DNA of 63,483 bases, filler included, from Craspedostauros australis (taxonomy: Eukaryota): the NCBI GenBank assembly GCA_030167865.1. It is 11 parts of 11 records of this genome, joined end to end, with 100 filler letters (N's around TTAATTAATTAA, not from the genome) between each part and the next. Parts side by side here need not be neighbours in the genome. Positions count along the whole stretch, not along the records: positions 18,053 to 36,893 come from JALAGF010003693.1; positions 36,994 to 38,611 come from JALAGF010003694.1; positions 38,712 to 49,119 come from JALAGF010003695.1; 8 more parts are not named here. One strand, given 5' to 3'. The number at the start of each line of letters is the position of its first letter. Position 1 is the stretch's first letter. The notes under the pieces are model-generated. The model was not told the origin of the DNA and did not search any database. It saw only the letters and a list, made by a program, of their open reading frames with translations. The position numbers and the translations under genes are program-made. Shown piece after piece: positions 33,803-44,910 of this stretch.

Positions 33803-36408
33803 GGCGCAGCTGCCCCGGCCCCGGGGTCGGCGTTGCGTTGGTGCTTTTCCAGCTCTGCTCGCAGCTTGTCGATCTCGGCTCGCTGTATCTCGAGTCTGGC
33901 ATTGTTGAGCGACTCTTTGCGTTGACGCTCCTGCTCAGCTGCTGCCGCGCGGGTGGCCTCGCGACGCCTTTCTGATGCTGTTGTTTGTATGGACTCCGCA
34001 TCTCCAGACCCAGGTACCCCTGTAACAGCCGAGTTCATGGTCATGTGGGATCCAACGGTGGTACCGCTGCCGAATAGACTGCGATAGTCCAGAGCTGCTG
34101 GCCTATGACTCGGCGGTGTGAGAAGCTCTTCAGGTAGGTTGGTGATCACCACACTGGCTGGAAATTCCTCCTCGAGAAGGTGCTCCAACTTGCTGTTGTC
34201 TGGGGCGTTGTACTCCTCCGTGTCTGGGTCGTAGGTGACGTTGAGGTTAGCGTACCAAGCGTCCACACTGAACCATTTCTCTGTCTTGTCGCCGAGTTCG
34301 ATGCGTGCGATGGCTGGGAGGAGGCTCATGATGGCCGATGCTTGAGCCATGTTCTCCTCGAACACGTGGGCGATGAGCTGGTCCTCATGGGCCCTCGCCA
34401 TGTCCAAGCTTTGGAAGATTGGCCTGCCGCCTGCATCCTTCATACTCATAAGGTGCGATCTGAGCGTGACGTGCTCTCGGTTTTCGCCGTGGATGGGATC
34501 GTCCAGCTTGACTACCCCGGCTGTGTCCACGTACTTGAGGCTTGTGAGCACTGCTTGGTGCTTTTGGACCAGCATGGCTCTGTGCCGACGCTTCTTCTCT
34601 GTCATTTGCTCGTACCTAGCTTCGGGGAGGAACCGGAGCCGGACTCCCGCTGGTCGGTTGTCGTCTTTGTTGAGCAAGGCGCAGAGTCGCTCCACGGCGA
34701 TGGCCGCCTGTGAGCTTTCAGTCTCCACTTTTATGGCGCGCCACGGCTGCATCGTCCAGTGCTTCCCGCTCTTCTGGTATGCCTCTCTGGTTTTCTCGCA
34801 TACCATCACCAGGTTCTTGAGCTTGCCGCCCACGCGTGTGTTCTTGTGTCGTCTTCGAAACTCTTGGTTGATGAGTTCCATCGTGCCCTTGACATCGTTG
34901 AAGCCTCCCGAGTACAGAAGGAACCCGATTTCCTTCGTGTTTTCGACCTGCAAGGTGTTGATGTACAGACCTTCTTGGTTTTTGTAGTAGTACGGGTTCA
35001 TTTCTGCATCGCGCTTGGCAGTGATGTTTGTAGGGTGCATGTCGGTGGTTATGCGCATGTTGGTGTACGTGAGTCCGCTGTCCATTGTGGACGCTCTGAG
35101 TCCTTTAAGGAATGTGCGTAGCTCTTTGAGCTCCAGGGGGACTTGCCCTGTGTGTTGGACGTATCCTCTTTCTTCTGGGGATTCCTTCCATGGGAGGATG
35201 ACTGCAGAGGGGTCGACGATTCTGACTTGTCCAAACCATGCCACGATGCAGTCTCTAAGGGCCTTTGTTGTATCGGGCTCGGTCTGGTCTGCTTTAATCT
35301 TGAACATGAACCTTGTGGTGTGTTGCAGACTGGGCTGGCCGATGAGGATCTGGCTTGAGTCTGACTCCGCCGACGCTTCGTCCACCTCTATTTCCACGTT
35401 GGCGCTGCCAAATGTGACGCCGGGACTTCGCCGTGCTGCCGTCGCATTGTTGGCCTGGGGGCGCACGTGCCTGGTGTGGCTCATGTCCCCTTCCTGTGCC
35501 TGCGAGGTTGGGTTTGGGGGCTGCAGTGCGGCGGCTGTTGTGGTTTCTGGCTGCGTTTCAGGCTCGTCTTCGCCGAGTACAGCGAACCTGTTGATGTTGG
35601 TGCCAAGTGTGCGTGTGTTGCCCGTGGGCGAGGCTGACACTTTGGTCCGCTTGGTGGGCTTGGCGCCGCTTGGTGAGGGGCGTGCTGGTTCTTGTGGCGT
35701 CGAGTGCTCTGTAGGGTCGGTTGCTTGGCTGTCTTCTGTGCTTCTGGCATTCGCGACTTCCATGGGATCGTCGCCTGCGGGCGCTGTTCCGATGTCGTAG
35801 TTCGTGCCGAGGACGCGTCGTGCAGCTTCCCAGGCTCTGGCTGGACGGCTGCGTGTACTGATGCCACCATTGGCGCTGACTTGGAATACCCGTCGAGGGT
35901 CTGTGGACGCCAGCTGCATGATTACCATGGACACGCGTCTGCGCCGTGGGTCATCGGACGGCAGACTCATGGCACCGTACTGAGTGTGTCTGCCGTTGAG
36001 GACGCGCCTGAAGAACAGCTCCCATTCTTTCGCCGTCGGGTTGGCTGCTGTTGCATCGGCTTCACTTCTCCCGTACCACTTGGCGCGGGCACTCCACACT
36101 TGGCCTGCCATGTAGTCTATTGAATGCGGGCCCGTGGCAGCCTGGAACGGCTCGATGTTGTCCCCGTATTTCCTTTCCGTTGTCTTCCACGTGCTGGTTC
36201 TCGGTCGGTGTTCGAGGCTGTACTCATCTGGGGTTGGTGTTGTCAATTCTGGCTCGTTTGGCTCCGCTCTTCTCCCTGTCACACTAGTGCGATGAGGCGG
36301 TTCTTTGGATGTAGAGTGTCTCAGCATGCTGTGCTCGGTATCGCCGCCGTTGTGGTCTGAACTTGCGCCTTTTCCGAGGTCCGTCATGGTCGATCCTTGA
36401 TCTGTCAT
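33796..36408 (-). CDS. LINE ORF1 protein (870 aa)
   Basis: Long ORF upstream of ORF2 inside the TSD-bounded element. C-terminal coiled-coil-like stretch. Its stop overlaps the ORF2 ATG (ATGTTAG). Confidence 0.8.
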   Translation of the reverse strand: MTDQGSTMTDLGKGASSDHNGGDTEHSMLRHSTSKEPPHRTSVTGRRAEPNEPELTTPTPDEYSLEHRPRTSTWKTTERKYGDNIEPFQAATGPHSIDYMAGQVWSARAKWYGRSEADATAANPTAKEWELFFRRVLNGRHTQYGAMSLPSDDPRRRRVSMVIMQLASTDPRRVFQVSANGGISTRSRPARAWEAARRVLGTNYDIGTAPAGDDPMEVANARSTEDSQATDPTEHSTPQEPARPSPSGAKPTKRTKVSASPTGNTRTLGTNINRFAVLGEDEPETQPETTTAAALQPPNPTSQAQEGDMSHTRHVRPQANNATAARRSPGVTFGSANVEIEVDEASAESDSSQILIGQPSLQHTTRFMFKIKADQTEPDTTKALRDCIVAWFGQVRIVDPSAVILPWKESPEERGYVQHTGQVPLELKELRTFLKGLRASTMDSGLTYTNMRITTDMHPTNITAKRDAEMNPYYYKNQEGLYINTLQVENTKEIGFLLYSGGFNDVKGTMELINQEFRRRHKNTRVGGKLKNLVMVCEKTREAYQKSGKHWTMQPWRAIKVETESSQAAIAVERLCALLNKDDNRPAGVRLRFLPEARYEQMTEKKRRHRAMLVQKHQAVLTSLKYVDTAGVVKLDDPIHGENREHVTLRSHLMSMKDAGGRPIFQSLDMARAHEDQLIAHVFEENMAQASAIMSLLPAIARIELGDKTEKWFSVDAWYANLNVTYDPDTEEYNAPDNSKLEHLLEEEFPASVVITNLPEELLTPPSHRPAALDYRSLFGSGTTVGSHMTMNSAVTGVPGSGDAESIQTTASERRREATRAAAAEQERQRKESLNNARLEIQRAEIDKLRAELEKHQRNADPGAGAAAPC

Positions 36409-36993
36409 CGTGTTCGTTTTCGTGTTGTTTGCTGTTTGGTTGGGACTGATTTAGTGTTTTGTTGATTGCTGTTTTGTTTGTCGGAGTTCCGAAACTATGT
36501 GTGTGCGATTTGTGATGTGATTTTGCCAAGTCACAGTGCACTATCAAAACGAATGTAGTTGTACCGTCCACACGTGAGTATCAGAGAATAATGGGTGAAC
36601 GATGTACATACACGCATGTACAGCCCATCAACTTACTTCGAAATTGGGGGTGACCAGGTCCGTCAAATGAAGTAGAGTGAAGCTACCAGTTGGTATTCTG
36701 TGTCTTTTGCACGATGTCAGGAGGATGGTCTGTCCTTCAACCGGTTTTGACACCGTTTAATGTTGAGAACAAAGCTGTATCAGACGATGGTGTCACTGTA
36801 GTAGACTCGGAAGTAAGCTGTTAAGATTGTTTCTGATTGCTTGCTTTATGTGTTAAGCTGACTATTGATAGGACGATCGAGTAAAAAGGCAGGNNNNNNN
36901 NNNNNNNNNNNNNNNNNNNNNNNNNNNNNNNNNNNNNTTAATTAATTAANNNNNNNNNNNNNNNNNNNNNNNNNNNNNNNNNNNNNNNNNNNN

Positions 36994-38611
36994 GATGAAG
37001 GCCGAGACCTCGATGATGGCTTCGCAGACGCCGGTGACTGTGCTGGCGAGACGAACGAGCTCCAATCATCTGCCCCATCCAAGGCCCGTTCCACGTTCCT
37101 GTTGTCTGCTCGGTTCTTCTGTCGATCGTTGCGTCGCTCCTGCCGTCGAGAGCTCAAGCCTCGTACCTGACCATCTCGCACGCCACTCTGCCATCCATCA
37201 CCGTTGTTTCTATTGCTGTTTCTGCCGTTGTTATTGCGTCTGTCCATATCATCTCGCGAATTTCCGCCACGGAAGGTCCATTCACCATCGGAGTACCCAG
37301 AGTCATTATCACTCCGTTTCTGGTCCTTGTACCAATCCCAATTGTCGGCGTTCTTCTTCGCTTCCCTCGCATCCATGTCGCTGCCGAACTTGCGGACCGT
37401 GTTGTCCTGTCGTCTCTGACGCATGAAGCGGCTGGAACCGCGCGTGCTGCGGTCCACTGTGTTCCGCATGTCCGATCCGGAGTTCCTATTAGGCTGCTGC
37501 GCCTTGTCAAGGTCGTACTGCGTGATGGGTTGCACGGGTCCTCCAAGACCGTCCAAGGCCTCCATGTCGCTCATCTTGCGCACGTCGCCAGGATTGAGCC
37601 AGTGATCGTAGACGGTACCGTAGGTGTAGAACCGAACCAGGATCTTCCCTTCCTTCAGACGTTTGACGATACCATCCTCACCAAGGAACTTGCCTTGGGC
37701 CGTCACTTTGATCATGTCATCCACACGGAGCTCGCCGTACGTGCGAGTGACCTCCTCTTGCAAAGCCCTATCCTCGGCGGCCTGTTTCGCATCTGCCTCT
37801 TGCGTGTCCATGATGATCTCTTCTCCATCTTCCGTCAGCATTGGGATTGGCATTCCGCTATCCCCTGCACCACTATCCTCGCCGTCCTCCTCTTCTTCCT
37901 TCTCCAATCCGAACTTTTCGATTTCATCCTCGTTCAGAATGACGGGAGCGGGAGGGAGCTTCTTGTATCCCTTCTGGTTAACGGTTCCCATCCAGGATCG
38001 GCACAGATCGAGTCCTGTCCGAGCGTGAAAGGATGATGCAGCATAACAGCAACAGCACAAACGTGTGTAAAGGAGAGTGGGGTAAGGCAGTAGAGTGGAG
38101 TAGAGTAGAGCATTGATTTGTGTGAGTGTGGAATGGATGGAAGCATTCATACTCGTAGAACGCAGCCGCCCATCCTTCGACCGACCAACTCACTGCTCAC
38201 CCAACAAACCACTCAACGAACCACTCAACGAGCCACCCAACCAACCAACCAATCACATCACATCACATCAAGACACAGGGCCACTTGTCCACCTCTGCAT
38301 TGTTTACGTACCTTGGATTGCTTCGTAAGTCTTCTCGCAAAGACGGAGCTTGGCGAAGACGTAGCCCAAGTACTTCACCTTGGTCTCCGTGACGATGCGC
38401 TTGGCACCATGTGACCTCGTCTTCCTCTCCGTCGGCACCAGGAACTTGGTGACATCCTCCATCTCTCCACAGCGCTGCTTGCATTGCTCCAACAAGTCCA
38501 TCTCGAGCCCTGCCACGCAATTGAGGACATACCAAAAGTGCTCCTCGTCCTCCTCCAGCTCCATTCTATCCCACAGCTTTCCAAACAGAGCGGTGGATGT
38601 TGTCTTTGCTG
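36994..38611 (-). CDS. nusG: Allelic/duplicate partial copy of the NusG gene (exons 38611-38312, 38014-36994)
   Basis: Matches 18053-19670 at offset 18941. The few SNPs seen are in the intron. Confidence 0.88.
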
Positions 38612-38711
38612 NNNNNNNNNNNNNNNNNNNNNNNNNNNNNNNNNNNNNNNNNNNNTTAATTAATTAANNNNNNNNNNNNNNNNNNNNNNNNNNNNNNNNN
38701 NNNNNNNNNNN

Positions 38712-41700
38712 CATCACCAAATCTTGCAGAAACGACGACGCTTGTGGCTGTCCTGAACTCCTTGCATATTCGTCAGTACAACAAGTACTACGAGGAAGTA
38801 AAGCGCATTGCAGCCATGCAGACTGGAAACCGCCAAGCAGCGTTGACGGTGGCCCGCAAGGCAAAACCCAGGCTACTGGTATGCGCTCCATCCAATGCCG
38901 CTGTTGATAACATCATCCTCAAGATCATGGAGGATGGATTCGTGGACGGGAGCGGGAAACGGTACAACCCAAGCATGATTCGGGTGGGAGTTGGGAAATC
39001 ACCAGCCGTCAAGGATGTTGCCCTGGAAACCAAGGTGGACTCCATCCTTTCCGAACACATGGACGCGGGCCGGTTGGACTCCACGATCGCTGGCCTCCGC
39101 ATGGAGCTGCAGCGTATATCTGGCGACATTGCCAAATACAGACGCCGGATCCATGCGATCTCGCAGGCGTCACCCTGGCCACTTGCCAAGGACTGGGAAA
39201 TCAGGATCGACGAGAAGACCTTCGATGAGACTGGCATGGTGTACTTCGTCAATCACAAGACGCAGATGACGACGTACGAATGCCCGCCGCCGCCGGAACC
39301 TGGCGAGAGGCAATTCCCAGCAAGGGCCATGCCCGAGTACAAGTCGTACGTTGCCCGTATCGTCAAGTCCGTTGAGGGATACTTCAGCATTAAATCCAAC
39401 CTGGAGCGCACTACAATCGTGAAGGGCACTTTGGACAGCGGCGCAAATCGCATTGCTGTCCGGCAGTCGCTAGAAAGCCATGTTCTCAACTCCGTTCACA
39501 TGGTGATGACGACGCTCGGCACTGCGGGAAATCGGGTGCTTGAGGGCGTTGACAAGTTTGAGGTGGTGGTTGTGGACGAGGCGGCACAGAGCGTGGAGCC
39601 GGCAACGCTATCTGCATTGCAGTTGGGATCCCGGCATGCGGTACTCGTGGGAGATCCGCAGCAGCTGCCTGCCACAATCTTCAACGTCTCCGGACGAGGC
39701 TCGAAGTTTGACAGGAGTTTATTCCAGAGGATGGAAGAGGCTGGGCAGGACGTGTTCATGCTGAATGAGCAGTACCGAATGCATCCGCAGATATCTCACT
39801 TTCCCCGTCACATCTTCTACGGTGGCACGCTGAAGGACGGCCCCAACGTCACCAAATCGACTTATGGGAATCCGTTGGTCAAGTCTGTATGCTCCCGCGT
39901 CCCAGCATTCAATGTGAGTTGCTGATGGTTACTGATGGTTACTGATGGTTACGATGTTTACTGATCACGGCTCATTCGATCAATGATGAGCTGTTGCCGT
40001 TCCGTCCGATCTTGCCTGTGCCCAGTGTCGTGGCGACTCCGTCGATTATGCCGGCGATGCTCAAAGTTACGAATAGGACTCAGGAATGACCCAAATCCGA
40101 CCAGAATCGAGAAGGTCTGAATGGAAGCAACCCACAGTATGCTGCAACCCAGTGCAATGCGATGCTCTACGTATGATGTATCATATCACTCACATGCTGA
40201 GATGCTGTACTATACTCTGCCACTTCTTTTGCAGCCGTTCACCGTCCTTGATCTGGATTCCCGTGAGGAACGAGGCGGGACAAGTTTGGCAAATTCAACC
40301 GAGGCTCATCTAGCGGTCCATCTGTACACGTCTTTACGCGACATCACCAATGGCCTGTCTGCCAAGTCGCGCGTGGCCGTCATTACACCATACAGTCAGC
40401 AAGCGGGCTTGTTGAGGCGTGTCTTTCGCGATGCGTTGGGGAACCAGTGCGATCGATTGGTGGAGGTTAACACTGTCGATGCATTCCAAGGCAGAGAGGC
40501 CAACATTGTGATCTTCTCCGCCGTCCGAGCAGCAGGCAGCCATGGCATTGGCTTCCTCAGCGATGTGCGGCGCATGAACGTGGCTCTAACCCGTGCGAAG
40601 CACTTTCTCTTCGTCATTGCGAGGTGCCAATCGATCGTTGTCAATCCATACTGGAGAGATCTGGTGGGGCATGCCAGAGAAACCAACGCAGTTGTCCGTG
40701 TTCCGATGAAGAACGGATCAAAGTTCAGCAAGGTCGATTTTGGTGCCATCACGCAATGGCAGGGAGAGAATCCGAAGCGAGTGGATCCTTTGGAACGCAT
40801 CCAGTCGGTTCAACCATCTCGGGAGCGTGCAGTAGATCCACGGCGCCGAAAGGCAACCCAAGCGGCATCATCAGGTGTTGCGAGTGGAGGAAGTGTCAGC
40901 ATCGAAATCCCACCGCAGCAACAACAACAGTTGCCACCAAGTCGAACGTCGTCACAATCAGTCTCATCCTCTTCAGTTTTACAGCAACCACAGCCACGGC
41001 CACAGCCCCAACTACAGCCCCACGTACAGCAGCACACACAGGTGAAAATGCAACCACAGCTCCAGCCGCAAACGCAAATCCAACACCAACACCAAACGCA
41101 GCCAATGTTGGATACAAGGTCGCAACTGCCATTAATGTCGTTGCCACCGTCTATGCCACAAGCCACGGAACATATGAATCTGCAAGTTCAACCACAGCAA
41201 CAACTGCAACCACAATCGCAACCGCAACCGACACAAAACGAAATTCATCTCCAGGCACAAATGCAGCAGCAACAGCAGCAGCAACCGTTCCAATCGCAAG
41301 TACAATCGTCAACGCACCAGCAACCAATGGTGCAGCAGCAGCAGCCGTTTCAGCCACATCCTCAGGCGCAGGCGCAGGTGCAGGTTCTGATGGGACAGCA
41401 GCAGCTTCAGACACAAATGCAACAACCACAGATTCAACAACAATTCCAAGAGCAACCGCACTCGCAGATGCATCAACTTCAGGCACAGCAGCAGCCACAA
41501 CAACACCAACAGCAGCAGCATTTTCAACCGCAGATGCAACCACAGGTGCAAGTGCAGATACAACAACCACAGATGCAGTTGCAACAACAATTCCAACCAC
41601 AAATGCAGATGCAGCTGCAAATGCAGCAACCTCAGATGCAACAAGTGCAACCGCCGCAAGGGCAGATGCAACAACAAAGCATTCGCTCACAAGCGGCAGT

Positions 41701-42271
41701 GCCGATGAATGCAATGCCAATCGCTGGCGCAGTTGCAGTATTGCCCCCGCCACCCTCTGCAGCGACACACAGACAGCAGCAACTTCCGCCTCCTCCTCCG
41801 CCACCACCACCCTCCGCCGCCCAATATCCACAGCACCATATGCCATCACAACTCGGGCAACACACGTATCCAGGAGCAGCACATGGCACGCAGCACCCAC
41901 CGGCAATGTACCCAAACCAAGACTACAATCAGAACCCGAGTGAAGACCAATATCAGCATCAAACTCCGCACCACGTCCGCCGTGAACATGGTGTGTCACC
42001 ACCCCCGCCACCTCCTCCTCCGCCACCACAGATGCAGCAGCAGCAACATCAGGCGAATGCATATTCACAGCCCCATCATGGTTTTCAGCCTCCTCCCCCA
42101 CCTCCACCGCCACCGCCCCATCCGAGTACTTACAATCCCCACTCTGCCAATGCACAAAAGACAAGACCCAAATCGAAATGGAAAGGGAAACAGAAGCACA
42201 AAACCAAGAACAAACAGAAGCAACGACAGAGTCAGAAGCAGAAACAACACATCCCTGGTCCATTTGGTTGA
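38712..42271 (+). CDS. Sen1/senataxin-like SF1B helicase, 5' partial; exons 38712-39913 and 40235-42271
   Basis: CAPSNAAVD, VVVDEAAQ, LVGDPQQLPAT, QYRMHP, ITPYSQQ, VDAFQGRE and RRMNVALTRAK. Intron GTGAGT...GCAG (39914-40234) is in frame. Q/P-rich tail with a basic C-terminus. Confidence 0.9.
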
Positions 42272-42783
42272 TTGGAGCGGACCATTCTCCCTACCATATT
42301 TACTTGTACCTACGTACATATAGTATGTGCGAGCTATTATCTTTGCAACACCCGTGTTATGTTCGCAACGAGGAGTGAAGGAGGAAACTAGCGACAGAGG
42401 CTTGTCACAAACTTGCTGGCATAGTTGTAGGTACCATGCATCACATTGTGGCCCCGGTCAGCAAGTGCAGGAGGGTGCCGAGGTTTCGGAGAGAGGCGCA
42501 ACAACGCAACTCGAGCCCAAACCTGACACTTCGGAACCATCGCAATCGTGGATGCGATCAGTCACGAATAGTTGATGTCTCAACATGCCACAACCACCAA
42601 CCAAATCGAAAACGACTCGAACATTTCTCAAACGAGTGGGGCAGAGCGTTGATCGTAACTGAATGCTCCAGGGCTGCCTTGTTGTCTGGCATACATTTGC
42701 TCTGCTCGCACATACTAGTAGTACCGCACCAAGTAGGTCGTATGGTACGCTGCAGATAATCCGTTCATATTATAAATCGGAGT

Positions 42784-44697
42784 ATGAGACGAGGCAACAG
42801 AATGGTGTGTTCAAGGCTGGTGTTTCTTGCGGCTCTGGCCACATCGGTGCATCATGCGGCGTGCTTCACGCGTGCAGCGCCAGGCTTCACGCACAGTGCT
42901 GCATTCGCGAGCATCTCGAGGTCTACCCGTGGGTCATCTGGGGTTGCTTGGATGGCCAGATCGAGACCTCCTCCCGAATTCGTGGTCATCTCCGACGACG
43001 ATGATGTCGATGTCGATGTCAGCCAGGATGGAGATGGTTCTTCTCCAACGGAATCGACAGATGATGACTGGTCAACACCACCGCCAGATTTCATCGTTGT
43101 TAATGATGACGACGATGCCAATGATGGCCAGGAAGAGAAGACTGACAACCGCTCTGGCAACAAGAGTCGATTGGATGGAGCAGACACAACCAATTCCATG
43201 AATGCTCCGCATAAGGCATGGAACGCACCGGCACCAAGGTCGACGTCGAATGTGGATCAAAAGAAGCCACCCATGAGGGCAAGGCCAATGCGTCCATCTC
43301 GCAAGCGACGTCAGGCGGGAAATATGGCCGGCACGTCGTGGATGCAGAAGAATAGCAAGTTCGCTGTTCCCGGCAGTCCACAATCGCAACAACAGGAGCA
43401 GCAGCAGCAGAACGTCGGCAAGAACACAGCAACAAGGACGACAGCATCTGATGACCAGAAGCGCAGCGATACCAATGGCAATGAGAACGGCGATGACAAC
43501 AGCGGTGCCAACGACAATCGCCCTCGACGAGCAAGTGATTCATTCGCGGCTGGCAACATCGACACGTTCCGCACAACCAGAGTGTTCGTTCAGGGCATTC
43601 CAGACGACGCATCGTGGCAGGATCTGAAAGATCACTTCCGCGATAGCATCGAGAATAGCCAGGTGGTCTTTGCATCCGTCAGCGTCGATCCGCAGACCGG
43701 TCAGTCCAAGGGCCATGGCATCGTACAATTCGAAACGCCGGACATGGCCCAAACTGCCATTCGGTTGATGAGGCAGTATCCGTTGAAGGGATCCAAGCTG
43801 TACGTGCGCGAGGATGTCCAGGAGGCCAGCTCGGGACCTTCCTCATACGGCAAGCGTTTTGAATTTGACAACGTCGACAGCGAAGATGACGACAGATACG
43901 GATCCTTCCGACGCAACCGCCCACCGCAGAAGTGGAAGTGCGCCGACGAGGAGAACGCCTCGTACCTTTCTCAAGACGAAGCGACCGCCATCGAATCTCA
44001 CATCAAGGCGCGCGATGACGCACGGCGCCGCAAGAAGTTCGAGATTTCGGATAAGATCCGCGAGGATCTCAAGGAGGAGTTCGGCGTGTTTCTCGACGAT
44101 CGCTTGAAGCTGTGGTGGACGTCCACCGATGGCGGTCGTTCCGTGCCGCAGAGCATACACGACGTCAAAGGCGAAGGTCGGTGGGGAACGCGCAACGCAG
44201 AATGGCGTCAAATACCAACAACACCTGAGAATGATGCCTGCGTAGATCCCGACCTGGTGGAAGGACTGCTGAAGCAGCGAGACATAGCCCGGCGAGAGAA
44301 GGACTTTTCGACTGCTGACCGTTTGTTGGAGCAAGCCCGCACGGCACCGGATGGAGACCTCGCGCTTCGTATTCATGACGAGAGCAGGACGTGGCGTATC
44401 TGGACAGACGCCCCACCACCGCGCTCAGCTCGATCTCGCGGGGATGGTGATGAGTATTCACGTACCGGTCGCGATGGTGATGAGTATTCGCGTACCGGTC
44501 GCGATGGTGGTGGGGATGGTGGGGGCAGAAGTGACCCACAATCGTCGATGGAGACTGCCGCGCAACAGTGCATCAACATTGTCAAGACTCACGAACCGGA
44601 CAAGGTCGGAGAGATGCAGATGGTCTTGTCCAAGTTTCCAGGTCGGGAGTATCAGATCTTGAAGCGAGTGAAGAAGCAGTACTTGCAGCAGGAGTGA
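42784..44697 (+). CDS. RRM-containing RNA-binding protein with probable bipartite presequence and two CysRS-C-terminal-like repeats
   Basis: Hydrophobic leader ending AAC-F. RRM with SWQDLKDHF and KGHGIVQF. Repeats IKARDDARRRKKFEISDKIRE and LKQRDIARREKDFSTADRLLE. Confidence 0.8.
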   Translation: MRRGNRMVCSRLVFLAALATSVHHAACFTRAAPGFTHSAAFASISRSTRGSSGVAWMARSRPPPEFVVISDDDDVDVDVSQDGDGSSPTESTDDDWSTPPPDFIVVNDDDDANDGQEEKTDNRSGNKSRLDGADTTNSMNAPHKAWNAPAPRSTSNVDQKKPPMRARPMRPSRKRRQAGNMAGTSWMQKNSKFAVPGSPQSQQQEQQQQNVGKNTATRTTASDDQKRSDTNGNENGDDNSGANDNRPRRASDSFAAGNIDTFRTTRVFVQGIPDDASWQDLKDHFRDSIENSQVVFASVSVDPQTGQSKGHGIVQFETPDMAQTAIRLMRQYPLKGSKLYVREDVQEASSGPSSYGKRFEFDNVDSEDDDRYGSFRRNRPPQKWKCADEENASYLSQDEATAIESHIKARDDARRRKKFEISDKIREDLKEEFGVFLDDRLKLWWTSTDGGRSVPQSIHDVKGEGRWGTRNAEWRQIPTTPENDACVDPDLVEGLLKQRDIARREKDFSTADRLLEQARTAPDGDLALRIHDESRTWRIWTDAPPPRSARSRGDGDEYSRTGRDGDEYSRTGRDGGGDGGGRSDPQSSMETAAQQCINIVKTHEPDKVGEMQMVLSKFPGREYQILKRVKKQYLQQE

Positions 44698-44910
44698 GCG
44701 ACACGGCGTTGTTTTGTCGCCATATGGTACTCCACCACGAACATGATTCATTCCGCAGCAGATAGAGTATTATCGTGAAGAACTATAGAGGACAGTAGGT
44801 CTCGCAACACGCTTGTTCAGCTTGCATTACTTGATACAGGATGGTAGAGCACAGCGACTCCGCCAACCATGCCGTTGCTGCCGCTGCGGTTTCCACCGCT
44901 CCATCACAGC

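Larger units (their letters stand above)
27991..36497 (-). mobile_element. Full-length non-LTR retrotransposon (APE-RT-RNase H; Ambal-like), ~8.5 kb, with 16-bp TSD
   Basis: TGTGTGTGCGATTTGT at 27975-27990 and 36498-36513. CAA-rich 5' UTR, ORF1 plus ORF2, and a short ACA-repeat 3' end. Confidence 0.9.

Noticed and set aside
36631..36660. Primer-binding site after the LTR-like repeat
   Set aside because: I could not match it to a tRNA 3' end, and the repeat terminus here is ambiguous.
36994..38611. nusG gene duplication flanking the LINE region
   Set aside because: Separate contig starting at the same base with only a few intronic SNPs; best explained as the other haplotype.
40624..42263. 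Long alternative-frame and antisense ORFs (439 aa, 370 aa)
   Set aside because: They are shadows of CAG/CAA-rich coding sequence; the same applies to most short ORFs overlapping real genes in the track.
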